Shown: positions 12,881-24,881, counted from the first letter of the stretch. The stretch is 59,023 bases of DNA from Chiloscyllium plagiosum (GCF_004010195.1 NC_057750.1:6652104-6711126), one strand, 5' to 3'. Numbers and translations: made by a program. Notes: generated from the sequence alone by a model not told the origin.

Positions 12881-13346
12881 AATGTAAATGAGCTATATCA
12901 CAACTTTGACTGATTATCCTATCCTGGCTGCTGTCTGGCTAATAGTCAAGATTATTCAACAAGTGCTGTCCAAAACCTATCATCTTGGCAACACCTCACT
13001 CCCTTGCCCACGAGTCAGCACTCTTATATAAATTGTGGCCATTATTGGAAATTTGGCACTCTTGCTTTGGGTCCAGATGCATGTAAGGTGATACTTATTT
13101 CTATCTTGCAAAACTTCAAGCTCTGCATGACCGAGCCACTGCTGCATTGCCCTTTCAGAGAACCTTCGCAGATTCGATGGGCCGAATGGTCTCCGTTTGA
13201 GCAGCATCATCCCATTAGTCAACCACCCGGCTCCTGCTTGCTGGTTCCAGTTCCAGTTGCACGTTGGTGGCTATCAGTTATAGTGAGAGGCCTCCTCTTT
13301 GCCTAATGCTCTCTCCTGTTTCCTGCTTCCCCCGTCCCCGTGACAG

Positions 13347-13581
13347 ATATTTCCGGATCCCTTGGAAAGTGCCGACGAGTGTTATCGGAGGATCAAAGGT
13401 CGCCTGCCCTCGATTACAGTGGAGCTGACTGACGCGGGCGAGGTGGAGAGTGGCGAGTTACGTTGGCCTCCTCCTGAGGAGCCCAGCCCCCGTGCTGACG
13501 CGGAGGATGTCTTTGAAGCCAGCGCCGAGCCAGACGCTCCCGGAGAAATCCAGCCAGGGCCCAGTGAAGCTGCACCAGCCG
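13347..13581 (+). CDS. LBH-domain core exon (LBH/LBHD1/LBHD2 family): IFPDPLESADECYRRIKGRLPSITVELTDAGEVESGELRWPPPEE...
   Basis: Matches LBH IFPDP...KDRLPSIVVEPTEGEVESGELRWPPEE. Acceptor tgacAG|ATA (phase 0) and donor CCG|GTGAGG (phase 1). Which paralogue cannot be determined here. Confidence 0.93.
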
Positions 13582-13748
13582 GTGAGGATCTCTGCCATTT
13601 CCAACTGCGGAGGTTGCACCTCTCTCTCTTTGCCGTCTTTTACCAGTCCGGTGTTGGGTGGGCGCCAACGCAAACATTCATGGGGCATCACTCCATGGTG
13701 ACGTCACCAGAATCACCAAACTGGGAATGTTCCGTTTCAATCAGAATA

Positions 13749-14027
13749 GGGTGGCACGGTGGCTCAGAGGTTAGCACTGCTCCCTCACGGCGCCAGGAAC
13801 CCAGGTTCAATCCCACCCTCGGGTGACTCTCTGTGTGGAGTTTGCATATTCTCCCCGTGTCTGCGTGGGTTTGCTCCGGGTGCTCAGGTTTCCTCCCACA
13901 GTCCAAAGATGTGCAGGTTAGGGTGGATTGGCCATGGGAGATTACCCATAGTGCCCAGAGATGTGCAGGTTAGGGTGGATTAGCTGTGGGAAATTACCCA
14001 TAGTGCCCAGAGATGTGCAGGTTAGGG
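13749..14027 (+). mobile_element. HE1 SINE with tandem internal duplication running into gap 14028-14527
   Basis: A and B boxes, TGTGGAGTTTGCA core, repeated GATGTGCAGGTTAGGGTGG. Confidence 0.88.
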
Positions 14028-14805
14028 NNNNNNNNNNNNNNNNNNNNNNNNNNNNNNNNNNNNNNNNNNNNNNNNNNNNNNNNNNNNNNNNNNNNNNNNN
14101 NNNNNNNNNNNNNNNNNNNNNNNNNNNNNNNNNNNNNNNNNNNNNNNNNNNNNNNNNNNNNNNNNNNNNNNNNNNNNNNNNNNNNNNNNNNNNNNNNNNN
14201 NNNNNNNNNNNNNNNNNNNNNNNNNNNNNNNNNNNNNNNNNNNNNNNNNNNNNNNNNNNNNNNNNNNNNNNNNNNNNNNNNNNNNNNNNNNNNNNNNNNN
14301 NNNNNNNNNNNNNNNNNNNNNNNNNNNNNNNNNNNNNNNNNNNNNNNNNNNNNNNNNNNNNNNNNNNNNNNNNNNNNNNNNNNNNNNNNNNNNNNNNNNN
14401 NNNNNNNNNNNNNNNNNNNNNNNNNNNNNNNNNNNNNNNNNNNNNNNNNNNNNNNNNNNNNNNNNNNNNNNNNNNNNNNNNNNNNNNNNNNNNNNNNNNN
14501 NNNNNNNNNNNNNNNNNNNNNNNNNNNTTATCTTGGCTTTCGTTGACGGTTTCCTACTCGGGGGAACAGCTGCGCGGTCGACAGACAGATGTGACACCTC
14601 GTTTTTTTAAAAAAATCTTCCACTGAGGCACTCATCAGGACTTGTGCAAGAATGCCAAATTTCAAACGACCCCAACACCATGATCGTGATGTCAACCTAA
14701 GCCAGTCCCACCTTCCTGTGTTTGGCCCATATCCCTCGAAACATTTCTTATTCATGTACTTACCCAAATGTCTTTTATAAGTTGTCAGAAGTCACGTGAC
14801 TTAAA

Positions 14806-14998
14806 AAATGTGTTGCTGGAAAAGCGCAACAGGTCAGGCAGCATCAAAGGAACAGGAACCTTGTAGATTCCTGAAGAAGGGCTTATGCCCGAAATGTTGA
14901 TTCTCCTGCTCCTTGGATGCTGCCTGACCTGCTGCGCTTTTCCAGCAACACATTTTTAAGCTCTGATCCCCAGCATCTGCAGTCCTCACTTTCTCCTA
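14806..14998. mobile_element. Palindromic Penelope-like terminal-repeat pair
   Basis: AAAAATGTGTTGCTGGAAAAGCGC...GCGCTTTTCCAGCAACACATTTTT inverted arms; same family as 8388 and 22702. Confidence 0.7.
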
Positions 14999-15534
14999 GA
15001 AGTCACATGACACCAGGTTATAGTCCAACAGGTTTATTTAAACCACAAGCTTTGCCTGGCGAAAGCTCAGCGCTCCGAACGCTTGTGATTTTGAACAAAA
15101 CTGTCAGACTATAACCTGGTGTTGTGTGACCTCTGACCTTGTCCACCCCAGCCCAACAGCGGCACCCCCACATCATTTAAACGCTGTAACTATACCCACA
15201 TCCACCACTTTATCTGCAAGTTCCTTCCTCACAACAGGCCACTCTCTGTGTATAAAAACTGACCCCCATGTCCTTTTTAAAGCTTCCTCATCTCACCTTA
15301 AAAATTTGGTTCATTAGGGACGGGCAACAAATGCAGGGAGGTCCACATGCTCTCCCAAAAAAATGCTAATGAGACAGTCTACATCATTGCTTGATCTAGC
15401 TCTGCCCACAGCCCTGTGGTAAGGTGTTCCCCAATTAATGTTCTTCCATTATAGCGGAGTCTATAAATATTCCGCAGCCGCACGAGATTGAGAATATTAT
15501 TCCTCGCAGAAGTTCTCCTCCTCTCTCTACAAGG

Positions 15535-15892
15535 TCATCTTCTGCCTTGGGACCCTGCAGCCACACCGGATCAATGTGGATTTCAACAGCTTCCTCATTT
15601 CCCCTCCCCCCACATTACCCCAGTCCCAAGCCTCCAACTCAGCACTGCCCTCTGGACCCGTCCATCTCTGCCCCCTCTGACCTATCACCTTCTCCCTCAC
15701 CTTCATCCACCTCTCGCTTTCTCAGCTACGTTCCCCCCCACCCCCACCCCCACCTCCCTCCCATTTATCTCTCAGCACCCCCCACGGCCCACAAGCCTCA
15801 TTCCTGAAGAAGGGCTTATGCCCGAAACATTGATTCTCCTGCTCCTCGGCTGCTGTGCTGTGCTGTGCTTTTCCAGCACTCCACTCTCAACA
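15535..15892 (+). mobile_element. Penelope-like element 3' end
   Basis: CATCTTCTGCCTTGGGACCCTGCAGCCACAC... C-rich UTR, then CTGAAGAAGGGCTTATGCCCGAAA terminal motif. Confidence 0.7.
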
Positions 15893-16224
15893 TAACCCGG
15901 TGCCACTGTGTCATGTCAGTTCTGGTGGTGGGACACTGCAAACCGGTGTTTCCAGGTTCGAATCCCACTCCAGGAGCTGGTGCTCAACGCCATTATGTTC
16001 CTAATGTGGGTAAACGGGTCAATTAACAAGCTGTGAGGTGGGTAGTGAGAACAGGACTCTCTGAGTTCACCATGCCACCGAAGGTAATGGCAAGCCACCA
16101 GGCTTTTGCTCGCTGTAGATGGATGGACAGCCATGAAATCACAAGCCCATAGTCCCCACTGCCTTCTCACGGCGAGACGCAACTAGAAAATCATCCTCTA
16201 CACCTCCCCTATCAACGCTCAGTG

Positions 16225-16760
16225 CGGGTGCTTCAAGTTCCCAGGAGTAAATATCACCAACGATCTAACCTGTTCAATCCAGTCAGGAAAGCACACCAAC
16301 ATCTCTACTTCCTCAGGATGCTATTGAAATTCAACATGTCCACAATCACCCTGACCAGGTTCACCATGGAAAGCATCCTATCTGGATGCATCACGTATGA
16401 CTATGGAAAACACAAGAAACTGCAGAGAGACGTAAACACAGCCCAGTCCATCACCAGCCTCCCATCCACTGTCTCCGTCTACACCTCCCTCTGCCTCAGG
16501 AAGGCAGCCAACATCATCAGAGACCCCTCCCGCCCCAGTTAGACCCTCTTCCGTCAGGCAGAAGCTTAAATACATGTCCCAACAGATTCAAGACCGGCTC
16601 CTTCCCTGCCAGACCTCTCATATACTAGAGTCGATCTTTCTCTGTCGCTCTAACCCTGTAATCTGAATGTCGTTCTCTTACCTTGATGGAAGGTAGGATT
16701 GGTTTGGACAGCAACGCGAAACAATACTTGTCACTGTATCTCGGTACGCGGGGCAGTGAT
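16225..16760 (+). mobile_element. Rex1/Babar-type LINE 3' fragment (another on - strand at about 42180-42500)
   Basis: Peptide KAHQHLYFLR...FTMESILSGCIT...KKLQR.VNTAQSIT is typical of Rex1 ORF C-termini. Confidence 0.75.
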
Positions 16761-16802
16761 GACTCAAATTGAATCAAAGTCTCCTCACTCGTTTTCCACC
16801 AG

Positions 16803-16897
16803 GGGACGTCCGATCAGGTTTCCCACGGTCTCTTCCCCGGGACACACCTGCCATTTGCAGGATTTACGTTTTCCGCGATCAGGGAAGGAACATCCAG
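16803..16897 (+). CDS. LBH-domain gene, putative internal exon (GDVRSGFPRSLPRDTPAICRIYVFRDQGRNIQ if entered in phase 1)
   Basis: Acceptor ttttccaccAG and donor CAG|GTAAGA; 95 nt. Phase 1 in and phase 0 out fit both neighbours, but all three frames are open, so the frame is ambiguous. Confidence 0.6.
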
Positions 16898-18472
16898 GTA
16901 AGAGCTTCCAATTTGTGGGAGGGAAGAGGAAATGATGTTCAACACACAAAAAAAAAACGGAGGGAGCTGGAGAGGCTCGATGGGTCTGGCGGAGTCCGTG
17001 TGGAGAGAGGGGACGAGAGAAATGGAGTGAGGGTTTCTGGACCAGTGTTCCCTTCCCCTCCCCCCATACCTCCACTCCGCACTGTGCCCTCAGATCCCAC
17101 CCGGATTCAACGGAAAGGGAATAGGAAGCTGGAATCGGCGTCACCAATGCTGTGGGATTGCCACAAGCCATCAGCGGGGAAGGGCTTCACTGGGGCGGTG
17201 CTCATGCTCACCGGTGGGATCTTGCTGTGCCCGCACCAGCATTGGGAGCACGGCCGTGGTTTAAGGCTCGGTGGGGGGGAGGGGGGGAGCGACTTGGCAA
17301 AGTGTTGGAGGAGGTGCCAGGGAAAGGTAGCGACCCACTGGCGCACAGCAAGATCCCACAGGGAGCAAAGGGCAGTTAGCTGTCAACCAGGAGGTTAAAT
17401 ACAGGTTGGCACGACAGACAGGGGAAGGCCTGATCTGGAACCATACACCCCCTTCACTGGGCCAACAGTGCTGGCTTATTTCCCACTCAGGTCCCAGAGC
17501 GGGGCTTGAACCCAGCACCTTGGGGGTTGAGGAACCACAGTACACCGCAGTGACCCACAGTGGCTACCGTGTGGCTGCTAGCCCTTATGAGCCCTTTTTT
17601 AGCCCTGGCATTGGGGCTGGGAAGATGGAGCAATGCAGTGAAGCTAAGGGATACAGTAAGAGCCAGGCTAACACCACTTACAGTTACAGAGTCATAGAGA
17701 TGTACAGCATGGAAACAGACCCTTCGGCCCAACCCGTCCATGCTGACCAGATATCCCAACCCAATCTAGTCCCACCTGCCAGCACCCGGCCCATATCCCT
17801 CCAAACCCTTCCTATTCATATACCCATCCAAATGCCTTTAAAATGTTGTAATTGTACCAGCCTTCATAGGGTCATACAGCATGGAAACAGACCCTTTGGT
17901 CCAACGCGTCCATGCCAACCAGATTTCCCAAACTAAACTAGTCTCCTTCGCTTACATTTGGCTCATATTCCGCTAAATCTTTCCTATTCATATACCTGTC
18001 CAAATACTTTTAAATGATGTAATTGTACTCACCTCTACCCCTTCCACTGGCAGTTCATTCCTTTTATGCACCACCCTCTGCATGAAAAGTCCCTCAGGTC
18101 CATTTTAAATCTTGCCCCTCTCCCTATGCCCTCTAGTTCTGGACTCCCCCAACCCAGGGAAAAGACTTTGCCTATTTATCCTATCCATGCCCCTCATAAT
18201 TTCCCAACCCATCAGCCTATTTGACCCCAGTATCAAAGACGGCATTTTCCAATTCAATGGTCCAAAGAAGTGGGGCTGCGGGAGAATCCTCCAGCCCCGG
18301 CAACGTCCTTGTAAATCTTTTCTGAACCCTTTCAAGTTTCACAACATCCTTCCTATAGCAGGGAAACCGGAATTGCACGTAATATTCCAACAGTGGCCTC
18401 ATCTTCTCCATCACTCCATCGGGAATATGGTGCAACCTTCAGTTTAAGGCAGACTTCCCTCTTCCCAGACAG

Positions 18473-18610
18473 GGTGACTGCGGAGAGACCGTGGGGGCGA
18501 TGGACATGGGGGCGATGAACACGGGGGCGATGAACACGGGGGCGATGGACACAGACAACGAGGGTGCGAGATCTACAGACAACGCCAATCAGTTGGACTC
18601 CAACGTACAG
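18473..18610 (+). CDS. LBH-domain gene, putative internal exon (GDCGETVGAMDMGAMNTGAMNTGAMDTDNEGARSTDNANQLDSNVQ)
   Basis: Tandem acceptors cttcccAG|acAG| (starts 18469 or 18473); donor CAG|GTGAGG; phase 0 end matches the next exon. Confidence 0.65.
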
Positions 18611-19543
18611 GTGAGGGTGAAAATAGTGACTCCACCATATCCCTGTCTGGCTCAATGCTTTATCCTGACCCCAGAAAACTGACTTGTGCAGGGGGGGGGG
18701 TGTGTCTGTCTGTGTGTCTTTTGTGTGTCTGTGGGTCTGTGTTTATCTCTGTGTGTGTCTGTGATTGTCTGTGTCTGTGAGTGCATGTCTGTGTGTGTGC
18801 GCGTGCGTGTCAATGTGTGTCTGTGTGTGTGTCTGTGTGTATCTGTGAGTGTGTGTCTGTGAGTACATGTCTGTGTATATGTGTGTGTGCGTGTCAATGT
18901 GTGTCTGTGTGTGTCTGTGGGTCTGTATGTATCTGCGTGTGTGTGCGTGTGCATGTGGGGTGGCGCGGTGTCTCAGTGGTTAGCACTGCTGCCTCACAGC
19001 AGCAGGGACCCGGGTTCAGTTCCTCAATGAATGAGGAAATTCATCCCTCCATTCCTTCTCCCGCAGCCCCACTTCTTGGACCATTGAATTGGAAAATGCC
19101 GTCTTTGATACTGGGGTCAAATAGGCTGATGGTATCCATTTGTTACAAACTTAGAATGAATGTAGGCCATTCGGCCTGGAACCTGCTCTGCTGTTCTGTA
19201 GAGTTATCGAGGTTTGCAGCATGAAAGCAGACCCTTCGGCCCAACTTGTCCATACTGCCCCCAGTTTTCACAAGTAATCTTGTCCCATCCGCCTGCGTTT
19301 GGTCTGTTTCATAGTCATTGGCGGTGTCGCACTTTGGGACTTTCTGAAACCATGAAAAGTGCTATATAAATGCAAGCCTTTATCTTTTCTCCATGATGCA
19401 AAGTGTAGAAGGTAGTGTATGCAAAACCTTGTCTATATCTCCAGTGTATGGCTTCAGGTGTTGAGAAGTTGTTGTTGTAACACGGTAGCAGCACCCCCTC
19501 CAGGACAGCAGGGGTAATTGCAACATTGCAGTCAGACTTACTT

Positions 19544-19557
19544 GCGCCACCTGCTGG
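19544..19557 (-). promoter_or_regulatory. CTCF core motif CCAGCAGGTGGCGC
   Basis: Full match to CCASYAGRKGGCRS in non-repeat DNA; a weaker same-orientation match lies near 19490-19504. Confidence 0.55.
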
Positions 19558-19714
19558 AGGGCATTAAAATAGTTAAAGTACAACTTGGAGCTGCATTATT
19601 GCAGATGCTGGAATCTGTCCCGCAAACTGAAAATGCTGGGGATCACAGCAGGTCAGGCAGCATCCATGGAGAGAGAGAGAGAGCAAGCTAATGTTTCAAG
19701 TCTAAGTGACTAGG

Positions 19715-20580
19715 TTTATAAAACCATGAGGGGGCATGGGTAAGGGTAAACAGACAAGGTCTTTTCCCTGGGGTGGGGAAGTCCAGAGCTAGAGGGCATA
19801 GGTTTAGGGGAAAGATAATAAAGAGATCTAAGGGGCAACTTTTTCACGCAGAGGGTGGTACGTGTATGGAATGAGCTGCCAGAGGAAGTGGTGGAGGCTG
19901 GTACAATGACAGCGTTTAAAAGGCACCTGGATGGGTATATGAACAGGAAGGGTTTGGAGGGAAATGGGCCATGGATGGGTATATGAACAGGAAGGGTTTG
20001 GAGGGAAATGGGCCAAGTGTTGGCAAATGGGTCTAGATTAGTTTAGGATATCCATAAGACCATAAGACATAGGAGCGGAAGTAAGGCCATTCGGCCCATC
20101 GAGTCCACTCCGCCATTCAATCATGGCTGATGGGCATTTCAACTCCACTTACCCGCATTCTCCCCGTAGCCCTTAATTCCTTGTGACATCAAGAATTTAT
20201 CAATTTCTGCCTTGAAGATATTTAGCGTCGCAGCCTCCACTGCACTCTGCAGCAATGAATTCCACAGGCCCACCACTCTCTGGCTGAAGAAATGTCTCCG
20301 CATTTCTGTTCTGAATTTACCCCCTCTAATTCTAAGGCTGTGTCCACGGGTCCTAGTCTCCTCGCCTAACGGAAACAACTTCCTAGCGTCCACCCTCTCC
20401 AAGCCATGTATTATCTTGTAAGTTTCTGTTAGATCTTCCCTTAATCTTCTAAACTCCAATGAATACAATCCCAGGATCCTCAGCCGTTCCTCATATGTTA
20501 GACCTACCATTCCAGGGATCTGGTCGGCATGAAGGAGTTGGACCGAAGGGTGTGTTTCTGTGCTGTATGAATCTATGACT
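19715..20580. mobile_element. CR1 fragment (+) containing a nested, inverted second CR1 family fragment (20052-20520, -)
   Basis: Minus ORF MVGLTYEERLRILGLYSLEFRRLR...TRGHSL...FFSQRVVGLWNSL with CCATAAGA tail repeats splits the host GGATAT/CTGGTCGG. Confidence 0.85.
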
Positions 20581-20841
20581 CTTCATCAGAGCTGGTGGGA
20601 GGTGTGAGGGGGACAGCGTTTGTGCAATAATGGGATGGTGGGGGGAGAAAGCCGATAGACAGTGCAGGTACATCACAACGTAACTGACTCCAGGGAGTGA
20701 CAGAGAGGGACAAGACTGAATTTTACTGCACAGAAAGAGGCCATTTGGTCCATTGTATCCGTACTAGCAAGGAGGTGCAGGAGTGAGATTTCTGGGGTTT
20801 GGGTATGGTCGTAGCTAAAACAGCTCCCTTTCTGCCTCCAG

Positions 20842-20981
20842 GGTTTGTTGCAGGAATTGTCTGGAATTCCCACACCGGATCGGTTCCCGCTACAGTCAGC
20901 ACCGGTGGAGGAATTGAAGGGCAGAGAGACTGATGATGATGAACTTCGGAAAGTAAAGACTGCAGACATGACCACCGAGAG
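20842..20981 (+). CDS. LBH-domain gene, putative internal exon (GLLQELSGIPTPDRFPLQSAPVEELKGRETDDDELRKVKTADMTTER)
   Basis: Acceptor ctttctgcctccAG and donor GAG|GTAGAA; 140 nt, phase 0 to 2, matching both neighbours. Confidence 0.7.
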
Positions 20982-21240
20982 GTAGAACACTAGAATTAAT
21001 TACCACTGCTTTGTCCCTTCCTATAACAATGACTCCCTTCATTTCCAATATTTACACTAATTGTGAGTTCTCACCTTACAATAAATACATAATTCAGAGA
21101 CATCTATTTAATTATTTAAAGGAACTCCATTTACTCTCGCATTATGGTATTACATTTTGGTCCTTTTAATCTAGCATATGCTGTACCTCTAAGTACAATA
21201 AACTAGCGTACCTTGTCCACCAAAAACCCATTAGCAAATA

Positions 21241-21398
21241 CAGAGGAACCTCGATTATCCAGCATTCGATTAACGGAATTTTGGATTATCCGAACAAAAT
21301 CGCAAGGTCCCGATGCCTGGCTAACTATGTTATCCGGCATCAGTTATCCGAATGAAATACTCCCTGTCCATGTCCTTCGGATAATCAAGGTTCCTCTG
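21241..21398. mobile_element. Tc1/mariner (pogo/Tigger-like) MITE
   Basis: TIRs CAGAGGAACCTCGATTATCC...GGATAATCAAGGTTCCTCTG; TA on the left flank; internal GATTATCCG subrepeats. Confidence 0.8.
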
Positions 21399-21410
21399 TC
21401 CACACACAGT

Positions 21411-21731
21411 GGGTGGCACGGTGGCACAGTGGTTAGCACTGCTGCCTCACAGAGCCAGAGACCCGGGTTCAATTCCCGCCTCAGGCGACTGACTGTGTGG
21501 AGTTTGCACATTCTCCCCGTGTCTGCGTGGGTTTCCTCCGGGTGCTCCGGTTTCCTCCCACAGTCCAAAAATGTGCAGGTTAGGTGAATTGGCCATGCTA
21601 AATTACCCGTAGTGTTAGGTGCAGGGGTAAATGTAGGGGAATGGGTCTGGGTGGGTTGTGCTTCGGCGGGGCGGTGTGGACTTGTTGGGCCGAAGGGCCT
21701 GTTTCCACACTGTAAGTAATCTAATCTAATC
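21411..21731 (+). mobile_element. Full-length young HE1 SINE
   Basis: tRNA-like head through TAAGTAATCTAATCTAATC tail; near-identical to copies at 10498, 38453 and 47897. Confidence 0.93.
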
Positions 21732-22701
21732 ACACCAGCCTGATCCGCAGGACTGATTAATGCCAAGATACTCGGGGGGGGGGGAGCTGGATAGGCTGGA
21801 GGGTAGGAGGTTGAGGGGCAACCTCATAGAAGTTTATAAAATAATGAGGGGTATAGATAGATTGATGGTGTCTTTTCCCTGAGGTGGGGAATTTCAAGAC
21901 TAGGAAGCACAATTTTAAGGAGAGAGATTTAAAAAAAGACATGAGGGGCAAATTTTTACACCGAGAGTAGTTCGGGTGTGGAATGAACTTCCCAAGAAAG
22001 TGCTGGATGTGGATACAGTTGCAACGTTTAAAGAGATGTGGATGGGTATATGAATAGGAAAGGTTTGGAGGGATATGGGCCGGGAGCAGGCAGCTGGGAC
22101 TAGATTATAACGGGAGAGGACTGAGACGGGGAGAAACGTCTTCACCCAGAGAGTGGGAGAACCTGTGGAATTCTCTGACACAGAAAGCGGTTGAGAGTAA
22201 AACATCGAATGTTTTTGAGAAGGAGTTAGATTATCGTTATAGAGATGTACTGCACAGAAACAGACCCTTCGGCCCAACCCGTCCATGCCAACCAAGTTTC
22301 CCAAACTAATCTAATCCTGTCTGTCTCTGCATTTCTCTCACTAACCCTTCCTATTCATATACCCATCCAGATGCCTTTTAAACGCTGTAATTGTACCAGA
22401 CTCCACCACTTCCTCTGGCAGCTCATTCCATACACATACCACCCTCTGTGTGAAAAAGTTGCCCCTTAGGTCTCTTTTATATCTTTCCCCTCTCCCCCTA
22501 AACCTATGCCCTCTAGTTCTGGACTCCCTCACCCCAGGGAAAAGACCTTGGCTATTCACCCTACCCACACCACTCATGATTTTGTAAACCTCTATAAATG
22601 TCACCCCCTCAACCTCCGACACTCCAGGGAAAATGGTCCCAGCCTCCCCTTATAGCTCAAACCCTGCAGTCCCGTTAATAACCTGGTAAGTCTTTCCTGC
22701 A

Positions 22702-23005
22702 GGAGAAAGTGAGGGCTGCAGATGCTGGAGATCAGAGCTGAAAATGTGTTGCTGGAAAAGCGCAGCAGGTCAGGCAGCATCCAAGGAGCAGGAGAATCGA
22801 CGTTTCGGGCATAAGCCCTTCTTCAGGAAACTTCGGGCTTATGCCCGAAACGTCGATTCTCCTGCTCCTCGGATGCTGCCTGACCTGCTGCGCTTTTCCA
22901 GCAACACATTTTCAGCTCTGATCTCCAGCATCTGCAGCCCTCACTTTCTCCTCGAAGATTTTAACCTACTGCGAATCCTCTTACAAGGATGCCTTCCTTG
23001 AGAAA
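22702..23005. mobile_element. Penelope-like insertion with inverted terminal repeats and an 11-bp target duplication, nested in a CR1 fragment (about 22235-23070, -)
   Basis: Inverted arms about 22702-22820 and 22835-22951; TCTTTCCTGCA at 22691-22701 and 23006-23016. Confidence 0.8.
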
Positions 23006-23676
23006 TCTTTCCTGCACCCTCTCCAATTTAATGGTATTCGTCCTGTAGCAGGGTGACCAGAATTGTATTCTTCGGGCTAAAGGGATTGGAGGGTATGGGA
23101 ACAGGGGGCTGAGTTGGATGATTAGCCATGGTCATATAGAATGGTAGAGCGGGTTAGAAGGGCTGAATGGCCTGATCCCACTCCTATTTTCTGTGTTTCT
23201 ATACTCAGTGAAGGTATTGGATGAAACTGTATGTACCTACCCCTCGTTATAGTTAACTTTCCCTCCATAGTTGCTAATTGATGCACTCCCCTGGGAGTAG
23301 TGATCATGTTGCTGACCCTGGGGATTGAGTGGCCTCGGGAGATACAGGTCCAAATCTCATCAAGGGATCTGATCGAAATTTAATTAAAAATTCAACATCT
23401 TTTTAAAAAAATCTCGAATTCAAAGCTTGACTGATATAATCAATTGACATAAAAACCCCAACCGGTCCCCTTCAGGGAAGGAAATCTGCCGTCCTTACCC
23501 CGTCTGGCCTACATGTGACTCCAGACCCACAGCGATGGGGTTGACTCTTAACTCTCCTCCGGGCAATTGTCGAGCAAATTATTAATTTAAGGGCAATTAG
23601 GGACAGCAACAAAAGGTTAGGGTCAACAGTTCCGCACACATCCTGTTCCAGTTTATACACAAAGCCAGTTCTGGGC

Positions 23677-24010
23677 TGGAACGGTGGCTCAGTGGTTAGC
23701 ACTGCTGCCTCACAGCACCAGGGTCCCAGGTTTGATTCCATCCTCGGGCGACTGTCTGTGTGGAGTTTGTATGTTCTCCCCGTGTCTGCGTGGGTTTCCT
23801 CTGAGTGCTCTGGTTTCCTCCCACAGTCCAAACTTTTGCAGGTTAGGGTGGATTGGTCACAGGACATTGTCCCATATCATCCAGGACTGTGCAGGGTAGG
23901 TGGGTTAGACATGGGGACTATAGGGTAGGGATGCATCTGGGTGAGATGCTCTTCAGAGGGTCAATGTGGACTTGATTGGCCAAATGGCTTGCTTCCACGC
24001 AGTAAGGATC
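23677..24010 (+). mobile_element. HE1 SINE (degenerate)
   Basis: A and B boxes, core and tail recognisable. Confidence 0.85.
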
Positions 24011-24783
24011 CTGTGATAACTCTTTTTCACACACACACACNNNNNNNNNNNNNNNNNNNNNNNNNNNNNNNNNNNNNNNNNNNNNNNNNNNNNNNNNNNN
24101 NNNNNNNNNNNNNNNNNNNNNNNNNNNNNNNNNNNNNNNNNNNNNNNNNNNNNNNNNNNNNNNNNNNNNNNNNNNNNNNNNNNNNNNNNNNNNNNNNNNN
24201 NNNNNNNNNNNNNNNNNNNNNNNNNNNNNNNNNNNNNNNNNNNNNNNNNNNNNNNNNNNNNNNNNNNNNNNNNNNNNNNNNNNNNNNNNNNNNNNNNNNN
24301 NNNNNNNNNNNNNNNNNNNNNNNNNNNNNNNNNNNNNNNNNNNNNNNNNNNNNNNNNNNNNNNNNNNNNNNNNNNNNNNNNNNNNNNNNNNNNNNNNNNN
24401 NNNNNNNNNNNNNNNNNNNNNNNNNNNNNNNNNNNNNNNNNNNNNNNNNNNNNNNNNNNNNNNNNNNNNNNNNNNNNNNNNNNNNNNNNNNNNNNNNNNN
24501 NNNNNNNNNNNNNNNNNNNNNNNNNNNNNNNNNNNNNNNNNNNNNNNNNNNNNNNNNNNNNNNNNNNNNNNNNNNNNNNNNNNCTCTCTCTCTCTCCATC
24601 TCTCTGTCTCACTCTCTCACTCTCTCTCACTCTCTCTCTCTGTCTCACTCTCTCACTCTCTCTCTCTCTCCATCTCTCTGTCTCACTCTCTTGCTCTCTC
24701 TCTCTCTCTCTGTCCAAGTCTCTTTGTTGCTGTATTTGATGATTCTCCTCTCAGATTTTCAAGCGCATTCTCTCACTCCCTAG

Positions 24784-24881
24784 GCTACTCACAAAAGCAA
24801 ATGCCAGGAACACAACACTGGAGGAAGAATTAAAGAAAACGATGAGGGAACTGGAAGAAATGAGATGCAGATTAAACCAGG
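24784..24881 (+). CDS. LBH-domain gene, putative coiled-coil exon (LLTKANARNTTLEEELKKTMRELEEMRCRLNQ)
   Basis: Acceptor ctcactccctAG (phase 2, matches the 20981 donor) and donor CAGG|GTGAGA (phase 1); heptad-like L/M spacing with E/K/R. Confidence 0.72.

Noticed and set aside
13582..13826. ORF read-through past the LBH exon (154-aa ORF)
   Set aside because: A good GT donor lies at 13582 and the extension runs into a SINE. It cannot be fully excluded as a minor isoform.
21411..21485. tRNA genes at SINE heads
   Set aside because: A and B boxes are present but continue directly into the HE1 SINE body, with no full cloverleaf.
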